Assembly: GCA_012295275.1 (NCBI GenBank)
Contig: CM022679.1
Span: 13,950,001 to 14,014,000, forward strand
Direction of reading: 5' to 3'
Length of the DNA stretch: 64,000 bases
DNA from: Chrysomallon squamiferum
Taxonomy: Eukaryota > Animalia > Mollusca
The notes beneath the pieces are model-generated. The model saw only the letters and a list, made by a program, of their open reading frames with translations, had not been told where the DNA came from and did no database searches. The translations under genes were made by a program, and so were the position numbers. Of the stretch, positions 52,521 through 64,000 are shown piece after piece; positions within the stretch are counted from its first letter, which is position 1, and each line of letters begins with the position of its first letter.

Positions 52521-53510
52521 TTTTCATGACTCACTGTCAGATCATTATCTTTACTGACAGTCCACTGTGAGCGTTTACATGACTCTCTGTCAGATCATTA
52601 TGCTTTTTGAGCCCATTGTGACAGTTTTCATGACTCACTGTCAGATCGTTACATTTACTGACAGTCCACTGTGATCGTTTACATGACTCACTGTCAGATT
52701 GTTACATTCGCTGACAGTCCTTTGTGAGAGTTTACATGACTGACATCAGATCATTACATTTACTGACAGTCCCCTGCGAGAGTTTACATGACTGACATCA
52801 GATCATTACATTTACTGACAGTCCACTGTGAGAGTTTACGCGACTCACTGTCAGATCATTACATTTACTGACAGTCCACTGTGAGAGTTTCCATGACTCA
52901 CTGTCAGATCATTACATTTACTGACAGTCCACTGTGAGAGTTTTCATGACTCACTGTCAGATCATTACATTTACTGACAGTCCACTGTGAGAGTTTCCAT
53001 GACTCACTGTCAGATCATTACATTTACTGACTGTCCACTGTTTACATGACTGACATCAGATCATTACATTTACTTTCCATGAGTTTCTCTGTCAGATCAT
53101 TACATTTACTGACAGTCCTCTGTGAGAGTTTCCATGACTCTCTGTCAGATCATTATATTTACTGACAGTCCACTGTGAGAGTTTCCATGACTCTCTGTCA
53201 GATCATTATGCTTTTTCAGCCCATTGTGACACTTTACATGACTCACTGTCAGATCATTATATTTACTGACAGTCCACTGTGAGAGTTTCCATGACTCACT
53301 GTCAGATTTCATTGACTCACTGTTAGATCATTATATTTTGACAGTCCCATTTTTCATGACTCACTATCAGATCATTACATTTACTGACAGTCCACTGAGT
53401 TTCCATGACTCATGTCAAATCATTCAAATCATTCTATTTACTGTCAGTCCATTGTGACACTTTACATGACTCAATGTCAAATCATTATATTTACTGACAG
53501 CCCATTGTGT
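52521..53510 (+). repeat. 53-bp minisatellite, about 18-19 units, with internal inverted repeats
   Basis: Unit TTTACTGACAGTCCACTGTGAGAGTTTCCATGACTCACTGTCAGATCATTACA, period measured at 52864/52917. CTGACAGT and ACTGTCAG are reverse complements. Confidence 0.97.
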
Positions 53511-53687
53511 GAATATTCATTTTATATTAGATTTACTTTAAACACTTTCACAGAGCAGTAAACATTCCAAGTCTTTTCCATTAAATCACAGCATGTGCTA
53601 TAATTTGTAATAATTACACTACATTAGGACAGTCTTTTGTAATGCTATAATTTGACAATCCATTATATTAAATGACAGTCCAGTCCA

Positions 53688-53910
53688 CAATATGATAGTC
53701 AGTTGTGTTAGATGACAAATCCATTCTACATTGTAGTAATATGACAGTTGTATTAGATGATGATCCACTCTACATTCTATTAATATGATAGTCAGTTGTA
53801 TTAGATGATGATCCACTGTACATTGTATTAATATGATAGTTGTGTTAGATACCAATCCACTCTACATTGTATTAATATGATAGTCAGATGTTAGATGACA
53901 ATCCACTCTT
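53688..53910 (+). repeat. 44-49 bp minisatellite, about 5 units
   Basis: AATATGA(TAGT)CAGTTGTRTTAGATGA..ATCCACTCTACATTGTATT recurs. Confidence 0.85.
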
Positions 53911-54596
53911 CAGTTCAACAGTCATATATGTTTGTTGACAATCCAGTCAATAATATGACAGTCCATTGTATTGGGTGACAGTCCATGCTGTATTCTGACA
54001 GTCCATACAATCATTTGAATGTAGTTTACACATTATACTGACTGTCTGTTGAATCACTACTTCATCTATTTTATTAGCTTTTTTGTGTTACCTGGTACAT
54101 TCTGACAGTTCACATTATATGCTAATAGATCTTTCTTCGTTTCATTTATTTTGTAAATAAAAAAATCCATGACAGACTGAATTAATCAGTGCTAAGTTGT
54201 GACATCCTCAGTCTATCAATACAGACAATTAACTCTTTGTTTACTGACAGTCATTTACACTGGCTGAGATTGTTCAGACTGTGGACAGAACTCTGGAATA
54301 TTTGTCACTTTGTGTTTAGACATTCTGATGTGTTTGCCGTGAATCCAGTGTGTTTTTCTGATGGTCCAAGTGTGTTTGATACTTCAGTGTGTGTGTGTTT
54401 TGGTATTTGATGTACATTTTGATATTGGCATTTGTTTTGCTATGGTCTAATACAATACTGTGACAGTCTAGTGTGTTTTTTCAAATGTTCCATGATGACA
54501 GCCAATCAGCCTTGCAGTTTACAAATCACTCGAGTTAATCTGTCTTAACACACAAACATGCACACATTCCTACACGTCACAGAATTTAAATATTTG

Positions 54597-54627
<31 letters not shown>

Positions 54628-55636
54628 TTTGTGTGTCATATGTATTTGTGTTTGATTATATGTTTTGACTTTGTGATTATGTGTATTGATTTTGTGTCAT
54701 TATGTGTTTTAATGTCTGATTACGTGCATTCACTTTGTGTTATTACATTATTCACCATCTGTGTTACGTTATTCACTTTGTGTGTGTTTATATGTATTGA
54801 CTTTGTGTGTTACCGTTTTTCATTTCGTGTGTATTGACTCTGTGTTATTATGTTATTCACTGTGTGATTATGTGTATTTACTGTACGATTATGCACGCAC
54901 ACTTTGTGTGTGATTTTATGTTTTAACTTAATGTCTATTCATTTTACACACGTGTATTAACTTTTGTTTATGTGATTTTTGTGTGTCTGTATCTCACACA
55001 TCACATGTATAATTTCATTTGCATTAAATATAAATAAACAGGTATATCACCTTGACAAGGTGAATGAGCTTGTTAACATCAAACATCACAGAGAAATCTG
55101 CTTACCTGCAGTTTTCACGTGCCGCAAAACCTTTTGTCCAAACTATTGATTGCAATGAAGATGCAGGCATTTTCCTTGTTTACTGAGGCAAATGATGAAT
55201 ATTAGCGGGCAGATTTGACATTAATAGCTTTTTATCTATTGATTATGTATGTTTTGTACATATCTGTAGGATAATGAAGTAAACAATCCCATGTTAAATA
55301 AAATGGGCAAAGCTATCTTTTTTGTTCATTTATTATTATTATTTTTTTTTATTATTATTATTATTTTTTTTCAATAATAATAAACTTCAATGAAATTAAT
55401 AACAGTAACTGATTAATGAATTTCTCAGGATCTTTACGTCCTAATGATTTAAATTTTTTTACCTGGTTGTGGAACTGTTTGTCCGTTTGTCTGTTTATCT
55501 GTCAGTACTCATGTGCATCCATCTGTCTTTTCTTTAATTTGGTCTTTTAATGCTTCTGTCTGATGACATTTCGTTTGGGTGAAAAGAAAGTGAAAAGTAA
55601 ATTGATGGATACACATTGATCCATTTTGCTTAATAC

Positions 55637-55998
55637 TAGATTTAAAAACAAACCTGTTCTTTTATAATCAATCCTAGACTGTATACGCAATCCTTTATTT
55701 TAAAACTATCTGTGGTTTAGAATCAATTTTATATTTAAAGAGATATTCTAGATTCTGTAATAAATTCTAGATTTTAAAAATAGACTTGATCTTTTATAAT
55801 CAGTTCTAGACTCCATATGTAATCCTTTATTTTAAAAATATCTGCAGTTTAGAATCAATTATATATTTAAAGAGACATTCTAGACTGTATAATAAATCTA
55901 GATATTAAAAAGTGATTTATTGCTTTATGATCAATCATAGACTATATCCTTTATTTTAAAAATATCTGTGGGTTATAATAAATTTAAAATTTTAAAGG
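55637..55998 (+). repeat. ~130-bp tandem triplication (about 2.7 units)
   Basis: CTAGAT...ATCCTTTATTTTAAAA..ATCTG...TTTAGAATCAATT starts near 55637, 55767 and 55897. Confidence 0.85.
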
Positions 55999-56289
55999 CT
56001 CTGTGGGAAGGTATGTATAAAAAATTACTTTTTGCTAATAACTAAGAGATATTTCATATTTGATTTTTCATCAGTATACAAGAACAGTATCCTTGTTAAC
56101 TATAAATATACATTCAAACATATATATATATAGATAGATACATACGTAATTATATATATAAACACACAAACATACATACATATATTGTGCTTAACTATTT
56201 ATTAAACAAATATTCATGCATTCAATCTGTGTTCATACAGTCATGGGTTATTACTGTTAAACAAATCAATACATTCAATACATTCATTT

Positions 56290-56420
56290 ATTAGGTGTAT
56301 GCAAAGCAAATAGGATTTTTCACTGATCAGCAGTGAAATATATTTTATATGCACCTTCCTGTAGAACAGATAGCACTTATCATGGACTTTACTAATCCAT
56401 TTATTTGGAAATAACCCACT
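56290..56420 (-). mobile_element. SINE core fragment
   Basis: CAGCAGTGAAATATATTTTATATGCACCTTCC...AGATAGCACTTATCATGG is the reverse complement of the core. Confidence 0.6.
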
Positions 56421-56499
56421 TGTCAAAAAATAAAATTGAAATGGCTACTTTTATTATTTTTATTGATTAGCTGCACGATTTTTTTTTTAATTATATTCA

Positions 56500-56697
56500 T
56501 ATTCCCAGTGTATGACAGCACATACCATGTAGTTCAGTAAACTAGCGACGTATTTAAATGAAACAAATGGTGACGTATTTAAATGAAACAAATGGTGACG
56601 TATTTAAATGAAACAAATGGTTTCGGTATGTTGAGGAGAATTGATCTCGGAATCTAATCAGCCTCGGGCGAGTGCTCTGACCACTGAGCCACAGACT
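56500..56697 (-). mobile_element. SINE 5' half with well-preserved tRNA-like head and an internal 25-bp triplication
   Basis: The minus strand reads TGTGGCTCAGTGGTCAGAGCACTCGCCCGAGG...GAGATCAATTCTC (A box TGGCTCAGTGG), then CATGGTATGTGCTGTC at 56529-56514. Confidence 0.7.
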
Positions 56698-57103
56698 ACA
56701 CCTAACACAAATACATACATTCCTTTCACTTGTTGTGGATGTTCACGGTGTGTCAGTCACACAGTGAACATTCTTTGAGTGAGCACAGAAATCAGGCTTG
56801 TTAAGTCTGTTTACTATTATTGTCAGACCACAGGGGTAAATGCTGCAGCCCCAGAGCTGGGCAGAGCTAATTTGGTCTTCATGTATTTGCCTGGATTTAT
56901 CCTTTATTAAATTGGTCAACACAATGTCAAGCAGAGGTGAGATCCAGCTACGGAGGGTAATCTATACAGCAAGGAGAAGTCCATACTTAGCTGAGTGTTA
57001 ACTGTTAATGTTATTGGTCTGGGCAGTTTGAATTGAACACCAGCTAGACTGGCAATCAATAGACAGTATCAGATTCCAGTTATAATACACTGATGTTTTA
57101 GAG

Positions 57104-57140
<37 letters not shown>

Positions 57141-57179
57141 GCTTGCCGTAGCCTTATTCACCTTTCATGTAGCTTTGTC

Positions 57180-57465
57180 ACTTTCTTTTAAAAAGAGTGC
57201 TTGTAGGGGCAGTTAACTTCTGTGGTTTTTCTGTTTAAAAGAGTTCTTGTTCACGTGGTTAACTTCCTTGTTGTTGTTGTTTTTTTGTTCTGTTTAAAAC
57301 AGTTCTTGTGTCGATGGTTAACCTCTTTGGTTTTCTGTTTTGAGAAGTGCTTGCTGAGGTGGTTAACTTAATTGTTTTTCACTTTAAAAGAGTTCTTGTA
57401 GGATCAGTTAATTTCCTTGTTTTTCACTTTAAAAAAAAATGCTTGTATAGATAGTAAACTCTTGG
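57180..57465 (+). repeat. Diverged ~45-bp minisatellite, about 6 units
   Basis: TTTAAAAGAGTTCTTGT....GGTTAACT recurs. Confidence 0.75.
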
Positions 57466-57904
57466 ATATTTTTGTTACTTTTGTTTTGTTGCTAACAATA
57501 TCTTTCTTTGTTTAAGTAATATCTTTCTTATAATAACAATGTTTTAATTATTTTGAAATCATTTCTTTAAAAAAAAAATATTGTTAATAATAAGAAGACT
57601 TAAAAATATATTTGTTACATTAATGTTTATTGAAATGAAATCTGACTGTGGTATACCAGCAATTTTACACAGTTTCAACAGTTTCAGTATTTACTTTTCA
57701 TGTAGTCATTTAACCCACAACATCCCAATAAACTATCACAGACTGGCATTGTTGGTTTTGTCCAGGACAGCAAGCTTGAATCTAACAAAATGCTAATACA
57801 GTTCAATGTTTTGTTGTGTCCATGAAAGCATGCTTGAACCAGGAATTAAAACTCTAGTTATTATAACTGACTAAATGTATGGAAGATATCAACTAGCAGC
57901 AAAC

Positions 57905-58035
57905 GGTTTCTTTTATACCGCAGACTTTGATAAATCAGTTATAAGACAGTGGTTGGAATTGGAATAAATATCCCTGATGAGGATTGATAATGTGATTTAG
58001 CACATCTCAAGCCAGTGTTGTGTAGTCTACTTCAT
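57905..58035 (-). mobile_element. Degenerate SINE fragment
   Basis: ATACCGCAGACTTTGATAAATCAGT...CAGTGGTTGGAA...GAGGATTGAT matches the reverse complement of the head and core. Confidence 0.45.
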
Positions 58036-58721
58036 ATTACAGCTGAAGAGAAATAGCTTTTTATTACACGAGTTTGAGTTCAGTTTAAAACATAAAAAAC
58101 CCATAAAACTCACATCTATTACCACACTATCATGTCTGCCCTGACCCCTCCACACAATCTCTTCACCCCTATTACTACTCCTCCACCAGTCTCACTCACC
58201 CCTTGCTTCACCCTTTCACAACAGTCGCAGCCCCTCTCAACACCCTTTTTCAACCCCTTAAATTATTATTCACATCAATCACCAGCCCCTATTGATAACG
58301 TTTCACTCTTCTTTCAGCCACACCATCGACCCTGGCGAAATCACCACCACCACCCTGTTTACTGACCTAGGTGAATCAAAAAAAAAAGTAATGTTAATCT
58401 GTTAGAGCGTATTATCCACCAATTTCCTGCCCTGATCTGCAACACCCACTCCCTGTCATCTCAGTTACAACCACAGTGGCTTTATCTTTCATCATCATCC
58501 CGTCTCCTATTTTTTTCATTTAAAAAAAAAAAAAAAAAAAAAATTCTTTCCTTTTTATTTTTTTTGTTTTTTATTTTAATTTTTTTTTTTTTTTTAAAAC
58601 TGCCCTGAGCCAGGTAACATAAATCTGTTACAACAGTCGTATCACTTGGCTGCAAACTACAGCTCAAAAGCTTGTAATGCATGAACTATCATCGAGTAAT
58701 TTGTGCTCCGCGGAACCGAGC

Positions 58722-58970
58722 AGTCTAGTTAAACTATCATTAGCCGCCTCTCGTATCTGTGAAAATGTAAACGTGTTAACCAGTGGAGAAGCAGGTTTAA
58801 CCCTTGCACTGCTCAGAAACACAGAGAGTGCAAAAAACAAAGAAAAGGGAAACAACAACAACAACACTCAAGTCTAGTTAAATTATCATTAGCCACCTCC
58901 GGACTGTGAAAATGTGACGTGTTAACTAACTGTGGAGAAGCAGGTTTAACCCTTTCACTGCTCAAACACA
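58722..58970 (+). repeat. Direct duplication of a ~100-bp complex element
   Basis: AGTCTAGTTAAAYTATCATTAGCCRCCTC...CTGTGAAAATGT..CGTGTTAAC..GTGGAGAAGCAGGTTTAACCCTTKCACTGCTCA occurs at 58722 and 58871. Confidence 0.9.
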
Positions 58971-60849
58971 AATCACAGAAGAAAAAAAAAGAAGATTTAG
59001 CTTTAACTTTGACAGCTATCTGTTAGTGTTGTTGTGTACATGTGTTGCAGTGTTGTTGTCTTGTCCATGTGCCTGCCGATGAGCATGTAGCCAGCTCTCC
59101 TCATACAATCACACAGTCATGACCCAAGATAGCATTTACACAGGTATAATTCACCTGAAATTACCTCCAGTAAAATATATGTCTGTGTTCTCTGCTTCTC
59201 TTGAATACATGACAGGAAAAGGTAATTCTTGAAAACAGATACATTTATGAGATTTTTGAAATTAATAATCTTGACAAGATGTTTTTTTTTTTCGGGGGTA
59301 GAGATATTTTTATTAATATTTCCTGTATATATTTGGTGTACTTATAGTAATTGTTTTCTGTTATTGATATAAAGGAAAGTTATAAATAAATCAGTAAGTT
59401 GATCAGTTATTAAATATATATTTACAAATTAATAAATAAATAACCAAAAAACAAATAAACAAATAAATAAAAACACACACACACACACCTACACCAAAAA
59501 GAAAAAAATAAGTAACTAAAAAAATTAATAAATAAATAAATACACATATAAACAAACACATTACACACACATCAAAAAAGGAAGAAAGAAGTATATAAAA
59601 AATTAATTAGTTAAATAATTAATTAATAAACAAATAAATAAACAAAACAGTAACTAAAAACATTAGATTTATATTATGTTTATTACATTAATTTAAAAAT
59701 TACATGTTCATAATATTCGTAAATAATATTTATTTTCTATAATTGTTTTTGTTTTTTTGACATTTATATTTTATTCTTGTTTGCTTTATTTATTAAATCT
59801 TTTTTAGAGGCATGGGAAATTATTTATTTTTATATTTTTGATTTTACTATTACTTTGTCATTTTCTGTGAACAAAAATGACATGCTTTTTATTTATTTTC
59901 TTCTTGTTTTTATTAGTTTTTATTTTTCATAAAAATATTTTAAATAAACAGAGACATATATTTCTATAATTTTATTTCATGTTTCAATTTATATTATAAG
60001 GGTTAAATATAAGAAATGATGATAATGATGATGATGATGACAATGATGACCATGATGATAAAAATGATCACAATCATAATAAAATGACAATAAATATAAT
60101 CATAATGTTGATGATGATGATGATGATGATGACTACAGGCTAACAACAACAACTACAACAACAACTACAACAACAACATGGTTGACATGATGGCTAGCTG
60201 TTCCTTATCACAACTATATCTTGGATTCTTTAATAGCCAGGACACTGAATGAATGTTCCTTATGATACTTAATGCCAAACATGACAGAAGTAGTTCAATT
60301 AATGTGAATTAGCATAAATAACAGATGTACAAAGTAGTTTGTATCAATTACATACATAATTTTATACCCACACACAAATACACACCCACACAACCACAGA
60401 CATATACAGAAATACATATGTATGTCTATATACCAACGTATATATATACATACGTGTATTTGTACACACACACACACACATATAAACACACACATATATA
60501 TACAAACTTACATATACATACACATTTATATATATACATACACATTTATATATATACATACACATTTATATATATACATATACATATATATATATATATT
60601 ATTTAATATATATATATATATATATATTATATTTATTACACACAATAATAACCATGCATTTTATGTCACTCTGTTAATTGCTAGCTTCTGTGCTTTTCTT
60701 TTCATATACAGTACGTACTCTGTGTGTTGACAACTCAGTTTATTGTTTATTGTTTGTTCTTTATTTATGACAGTAATACAACCACTTCTACTTATCTATT
60801 TCTCTATCATATTTCTCTATCTCTGTTTAACTATACACTGTAATGAATA

Positions 60850-61075
60850 TTTTTCCAAATCCACCCAATGACACATAACTAGTTCATGACAGGCTGGGGT
60901 ATGTGTTTTCCATTTACGGGTGGGTACATGTTAAACATTAATTGTTGCTAATCAGAGAGATCATCTGATTAAAGAAATTGCTGTGAATTTCTTCCTGTAA
61001 AATTATCTTTATATAAAAAAATAATTACATATAGCAAAACCAGATAACATGAAATATTATGATGTATTGTTAAAT
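60850..61075 (+). mobile_element. Highly degenerate SINE
   Basis: TCCACCCAATG...AACTAGT...AGGCTGGGGTATGTGTTTTCC...TTGTTGCTAATC...TGTATTGTTAAATA follows the family order. Confidence 0.45.
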
Positions 61076-61500
61076 ATTAATCTAAAAATTTTTTTTTTTT
61101 TTTTTACTGAATAATACATGATGTTAAATATACACCAAGATCATATTTTGTTTTGCAATTGGTCATTAGCTGTGTTATACCTGCTGTTTTACACAGCTGA
61201 TGTGTATTTGTCATTCAGACGTTAATACCAAGTAATACAGCTATGTCATCGTCATCTGAAGAATAATAAATTATAATGTTTAAATTTATAGTGTTAATTA
61301 TACATTTGCCATGAGATATTAATTAATATAACCTGCCTGTATTATTATAATTGTTATTTGATATGGTGTATTATGTATGTATACACCACTTATATTTACA
61401 TATTATATTATTAATTTTGTTTTCTTTCTTTTTTTTTCTCTTTTTTTTTTAGTCTACTGCTTACTAGAGTTGAGTTAGGTTTCATTCTGGTAACATATGG

Positions 61501-61549
<49 letters not shown>

Positions 61550-61899
61550 TGTGTGTATATATGAAGAAAAAAAAAGTTTTATTATGAAGTATGTAAGTTT
61601 ATCCATTTGTAATAAATATGTATTTAGTAAACAAGTTGGTAATATTAATATGTCTGTTATATCGTGACAAAAGGTTTATATTGACGTAATGGGGAGAATA
61701 AATTAACCTACATATTTTTACCTTTATTAAACAAGCACCTGTGCAAAAAGGCCATGTTTTTGTTCTCCAAGTCATGTAAAGTAGTGTAGAATAACCTGAA
61801 TCCAGCAATCATGTTACTTTAAACGAGTAGTTTGTCTGTTAACTTTGGTGTCTGTAAGTATGTTCATTCATAGCTGCACATGTCTATGGATATACCAAC

Positions 61900-62053
61900 A
61901 CAGAGATACATATATACATCATTCAAACATTACATACATACACTAACACAAAAACATACATACATTCATAGATACATTATATACATACACTCACAGAAAT
62001 ACATACATTCATTGATACATTATATACATACATTAATACATAAATACACACAC

Positions 62054-62089
<36 letters not shown>

Positions 62090-62110
62090 CGGACATACAT
62101 ATATATATAC

Positions 62111-62147
<37 letters not shown>

Positions 62148-62230
62148 CATATATATATACACACACATATATATATACATATACATATATATATATATAC
62201 ACATCACACACATACACACACATACATATT
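61900..62230 (+). repeat. (TA)/(CATA)-rich microsatellite tract
   Basis: Direct reading. Confidence 0.9.
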
Positions 62231-62949
62231 TTAATCTTTAGATGTTTTTTGAAATAGTATTACATCTCAAATTGTAAATTTAATTACTATGTTTTTATTT
62301 CACTTTTGTTTTAATTTCTCTTTTCCTTTTCTTTCCATATATACATACACACATACATACATGTGTATATATAGACACATATACATATAAATATACATTA
62401 CATGCATTGCATACATATGTTCATAGATGCACACAAAACATAAGTACATGTTTATATATACATACATACATATACTAAATACATTACACAAGCATGGATA
62501 CCTTAAATATAATATAAGTGGAGAAAAAAGAACAGTAAGAAAATTAAGAAAATAAGAAACAAACAGAAGACCTGATATTAACTTTTATGCATTCCAAAGT
62601 AATTATAATGTTTTTTAAATATGTAGAACATATGAAACAAAAATAATGCAGGTACATCAATATTACTAATCCTTTCTAATTTGATTATGAAAATTTTATT
62701 TTCAAATAATGTGTAAAAGAAAATAGTAAAAGTAAATATTAAACTTTACTAATTAAAGGTAACTAAACATTTTAGTTTAAAAACAAAAAAATTAAAACAT
62801 GATATAAATTTATTGTACATAATTTTATCATAATCTAAAATAAATAAATAAATAAATAAATTAAAAACATACAAATTATGATAAATGCAAATTATATATT
62901 TTATATTTGACCAAACTTCCAAGTTTAATTAGATAACAAAAACAATATG

Positions 62950-63650
62950 TCCAAAAACACACATATAATATTATATTCCAATTAATTACATAACATGAAA
63001 GAAATTCCTAAAAACATATACAAAATTACATTGGACATGAATTCCTATTAATTACATAACATAAAATATATACCAACATATACAAGTATCATTAAGGATT
63101 TTCTAAATATAATAACAATAGACAAAATTATACTGTATATTAATTATATAACATACAACAAAATATGTTGTACATTAATTATATTGTACATTAATTACAT
63201 AACATACAACAAAATACATGCAGCAGATTATATTGTGCATTAATTATATAATATACAACAGATTATATTGTACATTAATTATAGAATACAACAAATTATA
63301 CTGTACACTAATTAAATAACATACAACAAAATACATGCATCAAATTAAATTGTATATTAATTATGTAACATACAACAATAAATATACAACAAATTATACT
63401 ATACATTAATTATATAACATACAATAAAATATACATAAACTATATTGTACATTCATTATATAACATACAATAAAATAATTACAACAAATTATATTGTACA
63501 TTAATTATATAACAGACAATAAAATATATACAAAAATATATATTGTACATTATATATATAACATTAATTATATAACATACAATAAAATATATACATCAAG
63601 TTATATTGTACACTTTAATTATAAAACATGAAAGAAAATACATGCAACAA
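62950..63650 (+). repeat. Degenerate AT-rich ~35-50 bp minisatellite
   Basis: AATTATATTGTACATTAATTATATAACATACAA recurs more than 10 times. Confidence 0.85.
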
Positions 63651-64000
63651 AACATACGAGCATCATTGAAGACAGACTTAATGTAATTAAAAGAGACAGC
63701 TCAGGCACAGAACTATGCAGGTGTATTCACACAGGTGCATTATGGTGATTGCAGGTATTTAATTAGCAGCGCTATGAGCTGCCTCACTAAATAAAATGAA
63801 TGCTGTCTACCTGTGTGGTATATCTCTGTTACTGCATGGCTGTCAGGCTTGCTTAGAGGAAGGCATTGTTTGCAGGAACTGTCTTAATTTCACAACAAGC
63901 AAAACAATGTTGGGTGCTTTACAAGACTTTGTCAGATCAATTTGGAACAGCCAGTTCTTCTCTCGGCTGGATGTATTAGAACCTGTTTGTTTGTTTGTTT

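Noticed and set aside
52521-53510. CRISPR-like palindromic repeats
   Set aside because: The sequence between the palindromic arms is itself repeated, so there are no spacers.
56625-56697. tRNA gene on the minus strand
   Set aside because: The A box is good, but the B box is degenerate and I could not build a cloverleaf. It runs into the SINE core, so it is a SINE head.
58797-60006. TTAACCCTT ... AAGGGTTAA as piggyBac-like MITE ends (AAGGGTTAA also near 35716, 43918 and 48856)
   Set aside because: Complementarity extends only about 5 bp beyond TTAA, and the other sites have no partner.

Overview
This is AT-rich (roughly 30% GC by eye) metazoan genomic DNA with no credible protein-coding sequence, rRNA, intact tRNA or CRISPR array. 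The ORFs in the track are translations of microsatellites and minisatellites, or short unrecognisable frames. The window looks like a gene desert or part of a very large intron, made of four components. (i) About a dozen decayed copies, on both strands, of one tRNA-headed SINE family with the core TTCCAGCCAGTGC...TGGTATGTGCTRTC...GTGCATATAAAA; from memory this resembles an abundant gastropod-mollusc SINE, which is unverified. (ii) Three large tandem arrays: a ~3.1 kb 28-bp minisatellite with an 810-bp higher-order duplication, a ~2 kb C-rich/(CA) minisatellite, and a ~1 kb 53-bp unit with internal inverted repeats. (iii) Many small local duplications and microsatellites. (iv) About 15 short, complex, more GC/CpG-rich islands with TALE/Hox, E-box, ETS and nuclear-receptor-type motifs that look like developmental cis-regulatory elements. 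I found no demonstrable new biological system. The best leads are the palindromic TGACAG/AP-1 53-bp array, a possible SINE origin of the 28-bp minisatellite, and the candidate enhancer archipelago.
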